Shown piece by piece: positions 1 through 9,767 of a stretch of 32,939 nt of DNA. This DNA comes from Bacilli bacterium. GTDB lineage: Bacteria; Bacillota_I; Bacilli_A; RF39; UBA660. The notes under the pieces were generated by a model. The model made no database searches. It was given only the letters and a program-made list of their open reading frames with translations, and had not been told where the DNA came from. Position 1 is the stretch's first letter, and each line of letters opens with the position of its first letter. Both the position numbers and the translations under genes were made by a program. The stretch lies in contig JAVXDN010000003.1 in NCBI GenBank assembly GCA_036658935.1, forward strand, positions 1 through 32,939, given 5' to 3'.

Positions 1-504
1 TATTTTAAAGGTAATAAAAAAATAAATGAAGTAAATAGTATTCCATTATATAAAAAAGATAGAGGTATGTGTATAGGTTCTATGCAGAGCCAAATACTTG
101 CAGTATTTTTTTTAGATAGTATAATACATTTTATTAAAGAAAATCTAAAATATAATGAAGTTTTATCTTATGTTGATGATATTATTATTTTATCTACTGA
201 TAAACAGAAGATACTTAAAGATAAGATATTAATTGAAAAAGAAATTAACAATATTGGACTTTTACTTAATAAAAAAAGTAATATATATCGTTTAACTAAA
301 GGAATAGAGTTCTTAGGATATAGATATTCTATTAAAAACAATTATATTTATATTAAATATAATATAAATACTCTAAATAGAATAAAGAGGAACTTAAGAA
401 ATTTAAAACTTAATAATAATTTAAAATATATTTTATCTAAAAATAGTTATAAAGGATATTTTTTAGTATCTAATACTTCTTTAAAGAATAATTTTATTAT
501 ATAA
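1..504 (+). CDS. Reverse transcriptase, DGR-like class; C-terminal part, truncated by the window start
   Basis: Frame is open from base 1 (YFKGNKKINEVNSIPLYKKDRG|MCIG...). Motif 4 GMCIGSMQSQ resembles DGR GLPIGxxxSQ; catalytic YVDD; GIEFLGY (motif 7); thumb-like SYKGY..SN. Confidence 0.85.
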   Translation, partial: YFKGNKKINEVNSIPLYKKDRGMCIGSMQSQILAVFFLDSIIHFIKENLKYNEVLSYVDDIIILSTDKQKILKDKILIEKEINNIGLLLNKKSNIYRLTKGIEFLGYRYSIKNNYIYIKYNINTLNRIKRNLRNLKLNNNLKYILSKNSYKGYFLVSNTSLKNNFII

Positions 505-522
505 TTATAATGGTGAATATAA

Positions 523-1272
523 ATGAAAGCATTAATTACAGGAGCTAGTTCTGGTCTTGGAAAAGACTTTAGTATTAAATTATCTAATATGGGATATGAT
601 CTTATTTTAGTCTCAAGAAATAAAGAAAAGATGGATAATGTTTTAAAAGATATTAAAACAAATGTTAAAGTATATTTATATGATTTATCTAATATGGAGA
701 ATATATATAAACTATATGAAGAGACAAAGGATGAAGATATTTCCCTGCTTATTAATAACGCAGGGTTTGGATTATTTGGGGATGCATTATCTTCTTCACT
801 TAAAGAAGAATTAAATATGATTGATTTAAATGTAAAAGGTGTACAAGCTTTAACTAAATTATATTTAAAAGATATGGTAAGAAAAGATAAAGGGATTATT
901 CTTAATGTTTCTTCTAGTGCTTCTTTTTTATCTGGTCCTCTTATGAGTACTTATTATGCTACTAAAGCTTATGTTAGAAGTTATAGTGAAGCTTTATATG
1001 AAGAGTTAAGAAGAAGTAAAAGTAACGTGCATATAAGCGTTTTATGTCCAGGTCCAGTTAATACATGTTTTAATGATAGAGCGAACGTTAAGTTCTCTTT
1101 AAAGGGCTTAGAAAGCTCTTATGTAGTTGAATATGCTTTAAAGAAAACTTTTAAGCATAAATTAATAATTATTCCAGGATTTTTTATTAATATAGGAATT
1201 CTGATAAGTAGAATATTACCTAGAAAATTATTACTTAGAATTACTTATAATATTCAAAAGAAAAAAGAATAA
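523..1272 (+). CDS. Short-chain dehydrogenase/reductase (SDR, YqjQ/DltE-like)
   Basis: TGASSGLG nucleotide-binding motif, NNAG, catalytic YYATK. Confidence 0.93.
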   Translation: MKALITGASSGLGKDFSIKLSNMGYDLILVSRNKEKMDNVLKDIKTNVKVYLYDLSNMENIYKLYEETKDEDISLLINNAGFGLFGDALSSSLKEELNMIDLNVKGVQALTKLYLKDMVRKDKGIILNVSSSASFLSGPLMSTYYATKAYVRSYSEALYEELRRSKSNVHISVLCPGPVNTCFNDRANVKFSLKGLESSYVVEYALKKTFKHKLIIIPGFFINIGILISRILPRKLLLRITYNIQKKKE

Positions 1273-1277
1273 AGATA

Positions 1278-2726
1278 TTACTTTAATTTAAGAGTAATAT
1301 CTTTATTTTTATTTAATTTCTCTTGTATAGCTTCTCTTACTTCTTCTTCATCACAAAAATATATTTTTCCTGTAGAAAGTTTTTGATAAGTTTCATTTCC
1401 TTTACCTAGAACTAGTACTATATCATTTTCTTGTGCTATTTCTATAGCTCTTTTAATAGCTTCTTTTCTATCTATTACTATTTCATAATTAGTATTATTT
1501 TTTCTTGTACTAATTATTTCATTTATTATATCTATAGGGTTTTCACTTCTAGGGTCTTCATATGTAAATATAGCTTTATCTACATTATCTAAAATTATCT
1601 CTCCTATTTTAGGTCTTTTTGTTTTATCTCTTTCTCCAGCTGAACCCATAACTACTATTATTTTATTTAAATTTAAAGTTTTTACAAAGTTTATAAGTTT
1701 TTTAACTCCATTTTCTGTATGTGCATAATCTACCATAGCATAATAGTCTTGATCCATATCTATCATATCTAATCTTCCATTTATGTTTATATCTTTTATA
1801 TTTGAAAGTATTTCATTAAAGCTATATCCCATTTTTAATAAGATAAGAATAGATGCACTTAAGTTATAAACATTAAAGTCTCCTAATAATGGACTATTTA
1901 TTTTATATATTTCATCTTTATATTTAAAGTTTATTATAGTTGAAGAAGGTGATAGTATAAAAGATATTATTTGTAATTCATTTTCATTATCTTTTCCATA
2001 AGTATATGTAGGGCAAGAGGTTGAAGCATTTATTTCTTTAAAATGTTCATCATCTTTATTAAGTATACTTATTCCTGTACTATTAGTTTGTTTAAATAAC
2101 ATAGATTTACATTTAATATAATTTTCTAATGTTTTATGTGTATTTAAATGTTCTGTTGTTATGTTTGTAATTATAGATGCATTAAATGTTAAGTTATTTA
2201 ATCTATTATTATAAAATGCTTCACTACTTGTTTCCATAACTATATATTTTATTCCTAAGTCTCTAAATTCTTTAAAGTAATAAAATAATTTATCTTGATC
2301 TGGAGTAGTATTATCAGTTGGTTTATCAAAGTATTTACAACTTCTTCCATTAGTTCCAATATATCCACATTTATCTTTTCCTATTAGTGTTTGTATTATA
2401 GAACAAACTGAGGTTTTACCATCAGTTCCAGTAACTCCTATTATAAATAATTCATTATCTTTAAAGTCATAAAATTTTTTACATATATCAGTGAATGTAT
2501 TTCTAATGTTATCAACTTTTATATATGGAATATTAATTTCTAAGTCTTTAGTACCTATAACTGCACTTGCTCCTCTTTTTATAGCGTCATCTATGTATAA
2601 GTGTCTATCAGTTATTCCATCTATACATATGAATAAGTCTCCTTTTAATATCTCTTTAGAGTTTGTTTTAATTCCTGTTATATTACAATCTATTTCTGTA
2701 TTTATTAATTCTTTTAATTTTTTCAT
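1278..2726 (-). CDS. murE: UDP-N-acetylmuramoyl-dipeptide:diamino acid ligase MurE
   Basis: GVTGTDGKTS P-loop, NTTPD, METSSE, TNITTEHLNTH, DYAHT, SAGERD, EDPR, LGKGNE. Start moved to ATG 2726 because GGGAG RBS precedes it. Confidence 0.93.
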   Translation of the reverse strand: MKKLKELINTEIDCNITGIKTNSKEILKGDLFICIDGITDRHLYIDDAIKRGASAVIGTKDLEINIPYIKVDNIRNTFTDICKKFYDFKDNELFIIGVTGTDGKTSVCSIIQTLIGKDKCGYIGTNGRSCKYFDKPTDNTTPDQDKLFYYFKEFRDLGIKYIVMETSSEAFYNNRLNNLTFNASIITNITTEHLNTHKTLENYIKCKSMLFKQTNSTGISILNKDDEHFKEINASTSCPTYTYGKDNENELQIISFILSPSSTIINFKYKDEIYKINSPLLGDFNVYNLSASILILLKMGYSFNEILSNIKDININGRLDMIDMDQDYYAMVDYAHTENGVKKLINFVKTLNLNKIIVVMGSAGERDKTKRPKIGEIILDNVDKAIFTYEDPRSENPIDIINEIISTRKNNTNYEIVIDRKEAIKRAIEIAQENDIVLVLGKGNETYQKLSTGKIYFCDEEEVREAIQEKLNKNKDITLKLK

Positions 2727-2742
2727 TTTTTCTCCCAATAAT

Positions 2743-2783
2743 ATTATAATGTATTTTATATAAAAGTCAAAATATGTTATACT
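2743..2783. promoter_or_regulatory. Overlapping divergent sigma-A-like promoters for murE and rocF
   Basis: Minus strand TTGACT(2770-2765)-16-TATAAT(2748-2743); plus strand extended -10 TGtTATACT (2775-2783). Confidence 0.5.
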
Positions 2784-2817
2784 TTAAAAGTAGTTTAAAA
2801 ATATAAGGAGTTTAAAT

Positions 2818-3672
2818 ATGAAATATCAGATATATAACTGTAATACAGATGCTGGGGAAAGAGTTAATGGAACTTCTTTAGGACCTAAAGTAATAAGTAA
2901 AAGTTTAGTTTTAAAAGATGTTATTAATATAGATAATTCTATATCTTTTAAGAAAAGTGAAATTAAATATAATAATATTAAAAATTTAAAGGAAATTAAT
3001 TATGTTAATGAGTTATTATATAATAAAATTATTGAAAATAAAGATAAGTTTAATATTGTATTAGGAGGAGATCATAGTATTAGTATTGCTTCTATTTTAG
3101 CTTCTAACAAAATCAATAATAATTTAGGAGTTATGTGGATAGATGCTCATACTGATTTTAATACTATTACTTCTACTAGAACAGGTAATGTTCATGGGCT
3201 TCCTTTAATTTCTACTATAAAGAATAATAATGATGTTTTATCTTCTTTTCATAATGGAGAATATATAAATAATGAAAATATTGTAGTAGTAGGAGCTAGA
3301 AGTATTGATGAATGGGAAAGACCAAATCTTAAAAATAATAATATTTTAGTTTTTACTACTAATGATATTAAATTAAAAGGTATAGATAATATTATGAATG
3401 AAGCTTTTAATTATTTAATGAGTAAAACTAATAATATACATATAAGTTTTGATCTAGATTTGATTGATCCTAAACTAGCACCTGGAGTTAGTGTACCTGA
3501 AGTTAATGGAATTAATTTAAGTGAAGTGAATGGAATTATTGATTCTATTAATAAACATAGTAATGTAATTAGGTCTCTAGATTTAGTTGAGTATAATCCA
3601 TTATTAGATAAGGATAATAAAACTTTAGATATAGCTGTTAATATAATAAAAAGCCTAATCAATTTTGACTAG
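2818..3672 (+). CDS. rocF: Arginase (ureohydrolase family)
   Basis: GGDHS, WIDAHTDFNT, GNVHG, SFDLDLIDP, VEYNP; AAGGAG RBS. Confidence 0.9.
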   Translation: MKYQIYNCNTDAGERVNGTSLGPKVISKSLVLKDVINIDNSISFKKSEIKYNNIKNLKEINYVNELLYNKIIENKDKFNIVLGGDHSISIASILASNKINNNLGVMWIDAHTDFNTITSTRTGNVHGLPLISTIKNNNDVLSSFHNGEYINNENIVVVGARSIDEWERPNLKNNNILVFTTNDIKLKGIDNIMNEAFNYLMSKTNNIHISFDLDLIDPKLAPGVSVPEVNGINLSEVNGIIDSINKHSNVIRSLDLVEYNPLLDKDNKTLDIAVNIIKSLINFD

Positions 3673-4018
3673 GTTTTTTATTATAAGAAATGTCACAGGT
3701 ATCTTTAATTAATTCAGAAGTCTGTGCATTAATAACAGTTTCTTTTATATCTTCATATCCATTATTTTTTATTATTTCTATAATTTTATAGTAATCTTGT
3801 TTATTTGGATATTCGTATAATTCTATTATTACTTTAAGAAAATCTGAAATAATACTTTGTCTATATATATTTTCATCTATTTTTATAGGTTCAGTTATTA
3901 TAATTTTATTTCCTTTTTTTTCTTCTTCTATTAGTTTTAATATTGTTTCATTATCTAAAAGATATGATTTAATAGGATTTAGCATATTAATTAATTCTAT
4001 TATTTGATTGTTTTTCAT
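3659..4018 (-). CDS. Hypothetical protein downstream of rnj
   Basis: 119-aa ORF 18 nt after the rnj stop; overlaps the rocF 3' end by 14 nt; no motif recognised. Confidence 0.6.
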   Translation of the reverse strand: MKNNQIIELINMLNPIKSYLLDNETILKLIEEEKKGNKIIITEPIKIDENIYRQSIISDFLKVIIELYEYPNKQDYYKIIEIIKNNGYEDIKETVINAQTSELIKDTCDISYNKKPSQN

Positions 4019-4036
4019 ATTATTATCTTCTTTCTT

Positions 4037-5725
4037 TTAATTTTCAGTATCTTCTGTAGAAGATGATTCTAATATTAATGGTAATATAATTGGTCTTCTT
4101 CCTGTTTCATTAATTATATATTGGTTTAGTTCTAATATTATTAAGTTCTTTAAATCAGTGTAATTAAATGTTTCTTTAGATAATTCTTTAGTAGTTATTG
4201 CTTCTACTTTATTTTGTATGTTATTAATTAAATCTTGATTTTCATTAACTACTACAAATCCTCTTGTAGTTATATTAGGATTTAGCATTAGTTTTTTCTT
4301 AGTTGAATCTATATTAAGTATTACTACTAATACTCCATCTGAGGACATTATTTTTCTATCTTTAATTACTACAGTTCCAACTTCTCCTATACGTTTTCCA
4401 TCTACATATATATCATTTATTGGCATTGATCCTTTTTGTTCTACTATATTATCATGTAGAGATAATATATCTCCGTTTTTTAATACAAATATTTTATTTT
4501 TATCTATTCCACAAGAAACTCCTAGTTTTTCATGAGCTTTTAACATTCTATATTCTCCATGAACTGGCATGAAATATTCTGGTGTCATTAGTCTTAACAA
4601 TAATTTTAATTCATCTTGTTTAGCATGACCTGATGTATGTATATCTGTTTCTATTGCATTTGTATAAACTTTAGCTCCTTTTAAATATAATTTGTTGATA
4701 ACTCTATTTATACTAAGTGCATTACCTGGTATAGGACTTGAAGAAAATATAACTGTATCATCTTGCATTAATTTAATGTTGTTATCATTTCCATTTGAAA
4801 TACGTGAAAGAGCTGCTAGAGGTTCTCCTTGTGAACCTGTACATAAAAGACATACTTTTTCAGGTTTCATTTTATTAGCTACATCCGCAGTTATAAATAT
4901 TCCATTATCTTTTATTAGTCCACATTGTTTAGCTACTTCAATACTTGTAACCATACTTCTACCAAATGTAACTATTTTTCTATCATATTTTCTACATGTT
5001 TCAATTATATGAACAACTCTATATATATTACTAGCGAATGTAGCTAATATAATTCTTCCTTCAGTTCTAGAAAATATATCTCCTAAGGTTTCATCTACTT
5101 TTGATTCACTAGCTGAAAATCCAGGTACTAAAGCATTTGTAGAGTCACTCATTAATAATTTAACTCCTCTAGCTCCTATTGATGCCATTTTTTGTATATT
5201 AGCCATTGGACCAATTGGGGTTAAATCAAATTTAAAGTCTCCTGTTTCAACTATTACTCCGTTAGGTGTAGTTATTGATAAACCAAAAGAATCAGGTATT
5301 GAATGTGTGGTTCTAAAGAATTCTATAGTAAAATGTTTAAATTTAACTACTGTGTTTTCTTCAAATACAACTACATCTTTATATTTTAATCCTCTATCTA
5401 ATAATTTGTTTTTTATAAGTTCACTAGCTACTTTAGGTGCATATATACAAGGTATATCAATATTTTGTAAAACAAAAGGTAAGCCACCTATATGATCTTC
5501 GTGTCCATGTGTTATAAATATAGCTTTAATTTTACTTTCATTTTGTTTTAAAAATGTGTAATCAGCTAAGACATAATCTATTCCTAAAAGTTCATCTTCT
5601 GGAAACATTACTCCTGCATCTATAACTATTATTTCATCTTCATGCATTATGCAATACATGTTTTTTCCAACTTCTCCTAGTCCGCCTAAAGCAAAAACTA
5701 GAGTTTCACTCTTATTATTGTTCAT
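4037..5725 (-). CDS. rnj: Ribonuclease J (beta-CASP metallo-beta-lactamase)
   Basis: ALGGLGEVGKNMY, THGHEDHIG, HSIPD, GDFKFD, TGSQGEP, HTSGH, PVHGEYRM. Confidence 0.97.
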   Translation of the reverse strand: MNNNKSETLVFALGGLGEVGKNMYCIMHEDEIIVIDAGVMFPEDELLGIDYVLADYTFLKQNESKIKAIFITHGHEDHIGGLPFVLQNIDIPCIYAPKVASELIKNKLLDRGLKYKDVVVFEENTVVKFKHFTIEFFRTTHSIPDSFGLSITTPNGVIVETGDFKFDLTPIGPMANIQKMASIGARGVKLLMSDSTNALVPGFSASESKVDETLGDIFSRTEGRIILATFASNIYRVVHIIETCRKYDRKIVTFGRSMVTSIEVAKQCGLIKDNGIFITADVANKMKPEKVCLLCTGSQGEPLAALSRISNGNDNNIKLMQDDTVIFSSSPIPGNALSINRVINKLYLKGAKVYTNAIETDIHTSGHAKQDELKLLLRLMTPEYFMPVHGEYRMLKAHEKLGVSCGIDKNKIFVLKNGDILSLHDNIVEQKGSMPINDIYVDGKRIGEVGTVVIKDRKIMSSDGVLVVILNIDSTKKKLMLNPNITTRGFVVVNENQDLINNIQNKVEAITTKELSKETFNYTDLKNLIILELNQYIINETGRRPIILPLILESSSTEDTEN

Positions 5726-5839
5726 TTTATTTCTCCCTCTTAATTAAAAGTAATCTAATCAGTGAAATAATTATACTACAAGGACTAGTGTTTGTCTATA
5801 CAATCGTGTATAATAAAGTAAATTAAGGAGATATATTTT

Positions 5840-6808
5840 ATGGGTATAATAGATAAAATTAAAAATGCTTTTAGTAAAAAAGAGTTAGATGAAGTACAAA
5901 AGTATGATGAAGGTCTAAGTAAAACAAGGGATAATTTTGTATCTAAATTAAATATTCTTGGTGTTAAATATACTAAAGTTAATGATGAGTTTTTTTCAGA
6001 ACTTGAAGAGATTCTTATAATGGCAGATATTGGGATAAATACTGTTTATTCTTTTGTTGATACTCTAAAGAAAAGAGTAAAAGAAGAGAAAATAGAAGAT
6101 TTTAAGTATTTAAAAGAAGTTATAGTAGATGAACTTATGATGATTTATGTAGATAATTCTATAGTTAGTTCAAATATTAATTTTAATAAGGATGGCACTA
6201 CAGTTATTTTATTTGTTGGTGTTAATGGAGTAGGGAAGACTACTACTATTGCAAAACTTGCTTATAAGTTTAAAAATATGGGTAAAAGTGTTATGTTAGT
6301 CGCAGCGGATACTTTTAGAGCTGGGGCAGTTCAACAATTGGAACTTTGGGGTAAAAAAATTAATGTTCAATGTTTTTCTAATAATAGTAGTGATCCTTCT
6401 AGTGTTATTTATGAAGCTTTAAATAAAGCTTTAGACGAAAATATAGATGTTGTTTTAATTGATACAGCTGGTAGACTTCAAAATAAATCTAATCTTATGA
6501 ATGAACTTGATAAGATGAATAAAGTAATTAGTAAAGTTATAAATGATGGACCTCATGAGACTTTATTAGTAATAGATGCTACTACTGGTCAAAATGGTAT
6601 AAGTCAAGCTAAGAGTTTTAAAGAAATTACGAATATCACGGGTATTGTTCTTACTAAATTAGATGGGACAGCGAAGGGTGGAATAGTTTTAGCTATAAAG
6701 GAAGAGACTAATATTTCAGTTAAGTTTGTAGGGTTAGGAGAAAAAGAAAATGATTTAGTTTCTTTTGATATTGAGAAGTATATTTATGGTTTATTTAAGG
6801 AGTGGTAA
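5840..6808 (+). CDS. ftsY: SRP receptor FtsY
   Basis: GVNGVGKTTTIAKLA, DTFRAGA, DTAGRLQ, DATTGQN, TKLDGTAKGG. Confidence 0.97.
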   Translation: MGIIDKIKNAFSKKELDEVQKYDEGLSKTRDNFVSKLNILGVKYTKVNDEFFSELEEILIMADIGINTVYSFVDTLKKRVKEEKIEDFKYLKEVIVDELMMIYVDNSIVSSNINFNKDGTTVILFVGVNGVGKTTTIAKLAYKFKNMGKSVMLVAADTFRAGAVQQLELWGKKINVQCFSNNSSDPSSVIYEALNKALDENIDVVLIDTAGRLQNKSNLMNELDKMNKVISKVINDGPHETLLVIDATTGQNGISQAKSFKEITNITGIVLTKLDGTAKGGIVLAIKEETNISVKFVGLGEKENDLVSFDIEKYIYGLFKEW

Positions 6809-7068
6809 GAGTGAAACATAGAGAGTATATAATTGATTTATATGATATTTATCAGTTTCTTTTTACTAAGAAACAACAAGAGTATTTTGAAAATTATTAT
6901 TTTGAAGATCTTTCTTTAAGTGAAATAGCACAAAACTATAATATTAGTAAAGCTGGTATAGGAAAGTGCATTAATGAAGTAGAATCAAAGCTTTTAGAGT
7001 ATGAAAAGAATCTAAATGTTTATAAAAAGAATAAAATAATAGAAGAGTTTAATAAAAAAAACAGATGA
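6802..7068 (+). CDS. ylxM: YlxM/p13-like SRP-associated HTH protein (start uncertain, possibly GTG 6811)
   Basis: LYDIYQFLFTKKQQEYFENYYFEDLSLSEIA; lies directly after ftsY. Confidence 0.88.
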   Translation: MVRVKHREYIIDLYDIYQFLFTKKQQEYFENYYFEDLSLSEIAQNYNISKAGIGKCINEVESKLLEYEKNLNVYKKNKIIEEFNKKNR

Positions 7069-7090
7069 TTTTTTAAAATTATCTGTTTTT
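7057..7090. terminator. Bidirectional intrinsic terminator between ylxM and the convergent gene
   Basis: AAAAACAGAT...ATCTGTTTTT inverted repeat. Confidence 0.6.
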
Positions 7091-7837
7091 AAATGCTAAC
7101 TTAAGTATTGAAGCATCGTTATCTAGTTTTTCTATTAGTTCTTGAGTATTTCTTAATCCATAAGTTTTAGGGTCATTAAGTACTTGTTCTATATTTTCTT
7201 CACCTGTTTTTTCTAGTGTGAAAAAATCAGCTAATAACATTAATTCTTTTGTAGTTAAATTACTTAATTCTCCTCTTTGTAAAATACTTAAATTATATAA
7301 TTCTTCATTTAATAATAATACATCTTCTTGTACGTATATATCAAAACTATATCTATATGCTACTAATCTAGAAAGGTATGCTAAGTAAAGTTTTTCTTTA
7401 TTAGCTTTATCATTTAATATAATTCTTCCTACTGTTGGATTTTCTCCTACTACATAATCTATTAATAGATCTTCTTCTCTTTTAGCGAGTGAGCTATAGT
7501 CTTCTAAATCCGCTACTAATTTATCTCCTTGTATTAATATTGGTTTTCTTGTAACTGTCTTTTCCCATAATGTATCTTTTCTAGATATAAGTAGTTTCTT
7601 ATATACTTCTTTAGTCTTTTTAGTACTTAAGTATTCTTCTTTTTTTTGTTTTAATAATTCATTATTTGGAAAAACACTATAAACTTCTACTATTTTATCT
7701 TTTTTTAATAGTAATGTTTGTTCTTTTTTATTTGGAACTAGTGTTCTTTCTATATTAGTAGTTAATCTATTTTCTCTATTATATATTTTAGTACTAATCT
7801 CTCCATGCTTTTTAAGTTTATCCATTATACTTTCCAT
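7079..7837 (-). CDS. Hypothetical protein
   Basis: 252-aa ORF in AT-rich DNA with a purine-rich upstream RBS-like tract; no motif recognised. Confidence 0.75.
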   Translation of the reverse strand: MESIMDKLKKHGEISTKIYNRENRLTTNIERTLVPNKKEQTLLLKKDKIVEVYSVFPNNELLKQKKEEYLSTKKTKEVYKKLLISRKDTLWEKTVTRKPILIQGDKLVADLEDYSSLAKREEDLLIDYVVGENPTVGRIILNDKANKEKLYLAYLSRLVAYRYSFDIYVQEDVLLLNEELYNLSILQRGELSNLTTKELMLLADFFTLEKTGEENIEQVLNDPKTYGLRNTQELIEKLDNDASILKLAFKNR

Positions 7838-8008
7838 ATTTCTCTCTCTTTCTTTATAACTTTATATTATAAACTATATGTATCTATTTTACAAATATTT
7901 TAATTTTAAGTTTTTATTATTTTTTATTATATAATAGTTTCTTATTACATCTAGTGGAATAGTTTTTATTTTTTTGTTATACTAAAAAAGATTGGAGGTT
8001 GTGTAAAT

Positions 8009-9316
8009 ATGTTTGATAGTTTAGGAGAAAAGATAGAAAAAATTATAAGTAATATTAAAGGACATGGTGTTATTAATGAAGATAATATTACTGATATGAC
8101 TAGGGAAATACGTTTAGCTTTATTAGAAGCGGATGTTAATTATAAAATAGTAAAGGAATTTACTGAGAAAGTAAAAGAGAAAGCTTTAGGTGAAGAAGTT
8201 AAGAAGAGTTTAAAACCTGGAGAAGTTTTTGTTAAAATTCTTAGAGATGAATTAATATCTTTACTTGGTGAAACTAGGCAGAAATTAATTGTAAATGATG
8301 GTATGACTATTGTTTTAATGTGTGGACTTCAAGGTAGTGGTAAAACTACTACTGTTGGTAAGCTTGGATTATTAGTTAGAAAAGAATATAAGAAGAATCC
8401 TTTATTTATAGCATGTGATGTTTATAGGCCTGCTGCAAAAGAACAACTTAGGGCTATAGCTAAAAGTATTGATGTTGAAGTTTATGATGAAGAACAGTTA
8501 AATCCTGTTGATATAGCTATAAATGGAATAAAGTATGCTAAGGAAAAAGGTTATAATTATGTTTTAATTGATACAGCTGGAAGAAATCAAATAGATGATG
8601 ATTTAATGGATGAACTTAAAAATATAGAGGATGCAGTTAAGCCTGATGAAGTTCTTTTGATAATTGATTCTTATATGGGACAAGATGCTATTAATGTTAT
8701 TAATGGATTTAATGAAAAGCTTAATTTAACAGGGTGTATTTTAACTAAAATGGATGGAGATAGTAAAGGAGGAGTTGCTCTTAGTTTAAGACATTTAACT
8801 AATATTGCAATTAAATTTATTGGAGTTAGTGAAAAATTAGATGGTCTTGATGAATTTGATCCTACTAGAATTGCTGATAGAATTCTTGGAAATGGAGATA
8901 TCTTGTCTATAGCTAAACATGCAAGTGAAGTAATATCTGAAGAAGATGCTATAAGTACTCAAAAGAAAATGAAGAGTGGAAAGTTTGATTTAGAAGATTT
9001 CTTATCTTTAACTAAACAAATGAAAAAGATGGGACCTTTAGAAAATTTATTAAAGCTTCTTCCTGGAGCTAGAAAAGCAGGATTAAATAATATAAATATT
9101 GATCCTAAAGTTATGTTAAGAGTAGAAGCTATCGTACTTTCTATGACTCAAGAGGAAAGAAAACATCCAGAGATATTAAAGGCAACTCGTAAAATTAGAA
9201 TTGCTAAAGGTAGTGGAAATACTGTAGAAGATGTTAATAGACTTCTTAAACAGTTTGAACAAATGAAAGTAATGATGAAAAGTATGTCTAAGGGAAATAT
9301 GAAATTACCTTTTTAG
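8009..9316 (+). CDS. ffh: Signal recognition particle protein Ffh
   Basis: ALLEADV, GLQGSGKTTT, DVYRPAA, DTAGR, TKMDGDSKGG, M-domain RIAKGSG; GGAGG RBS. Confidence 0.97.
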   Translation: MFDSLGEKIEKIISNIKGHGVINEDNITDMTREIRLALLEADVNYKIVKEFTEKVKEKALGEEVKKSLKPGEVFVKILRDELISLLGETRQKLIVNDGMTIVLMCGLQGSGKTTTVGKLGLLVRKEYKKNPLFIACDVYRPAAKEQLRAIAKSIDVEVYDEEQLNPVDIAINGIKYAKEKGYNYVLIDTAGRNQIDDDLMDELKNIEDAVKPDEVLLIIDSYMGQDAINVINGFNEKLNLTGCILTKMDGDSKGGVALSLRHLTNIAIKFIGVSEKLDGLDEFDPTRIADRILGNGDILSIAKHASEVISEEDAISTQKKMKSGKFDLEDFLSLTKQMKKMGPLENLLKLLPGARKAGLNNINIDPKVMLRVEAIVLSMTQEERKHPEILKATRKIRIAKGSGNTVEDVNRLLKQFEQMKVMMKSMSKGNMKLPF

Positions 9317-9328
9317 GTAATTTTTTTT
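9302..9328 (+). terminator. Intrinsic terminator of ffh
   Basis: AAATTACCT-tttt-AGGTAATTT followed by a T-run. Confidence 0.7.
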
Positions 9329-9380
9329 ATAGTAATTATTATATTTTGTGTTCCAAGTTTTGTAATCGTTGCTTTTACCT

Positions 9381-9408
9381 ATACGTTAAAGATATCCTTA
9401 CATAAAAT
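9381..9408 (+). promoter_or_regulatory. Putative mother-cell (sigma-E/sigma-K-like) promoter of the cotD-like gene
   Basis: ATA(9381)-17-CATAAAAT(9401-9408); fits ATA/AC-N16-18-CATAnnnT. Confidence 0.45.
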
Positions 9409-9432
9409 ATAAATGAAAAGGAGTTGATACCT

Positions 9433-9762
9433 GTGTTAAATGCTGATTATAGTATGTATCAAGGATTTGAAGTAGGAGAAGCTAGTGAATATAAGAAAAC
9501 TGAAAATAATATTCCATGTGGTGTAGCAGAAAGTCCTATGTGTGGATGTAATGAAGTACTTATGCCTACTGCTCAAGTGTATGAATGTCCAGTTGAAAGA
9601 TGTATTCATAAAAATATAGTCCATGAGGTTAAGCATGTTTGCCCAGTTAATACTAGAATTATAAATCATCATATTTTTAAACATTGTTATAGTCCATGTT
9701 ATACTTCTCAAGAAGAAAATACTATTTGTAATGTAGATCAAGGATGTTGTAAAAGATTTTAA
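9433..9762 (+). CDS. cotD: CotD-like Cys/His-rich spore coat protein
   Basis: HKNIVHEVKHVCPVNTRIINHHIFKHCYSPCYTS parallels the CotD H..PH.HP..T..VNH...H.H..P.T.S pattern; 11 Cys; AAGGAG RBS favours GTG 9433. Confidence 0.7.
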   Translation: MLNADYSMYQGFEVGEASEYKKTENNIPCGVAESPMCGCNEVLMPTAQVYECPVERCIHKNIVHEVKHVCPVNTRIINHHIFKHCYSPCYTSQEENTICNVDQGCCKRF

Positions 9763-9767
9763 TTAGT

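Noticed and set aside
2491-5495. ORFs 2491-2763, 3411-3662, 4692-5012 and 5307-5495
   Set aside because: They are antisense shadows of murE, rocF and rnj with no RBS or recognisable motif.
7838-8008. Possible SRP RNA (ffs) near ffh
   Set aside because: The region is almost pure AT and lacks the GC-rich domain IV hairpin.
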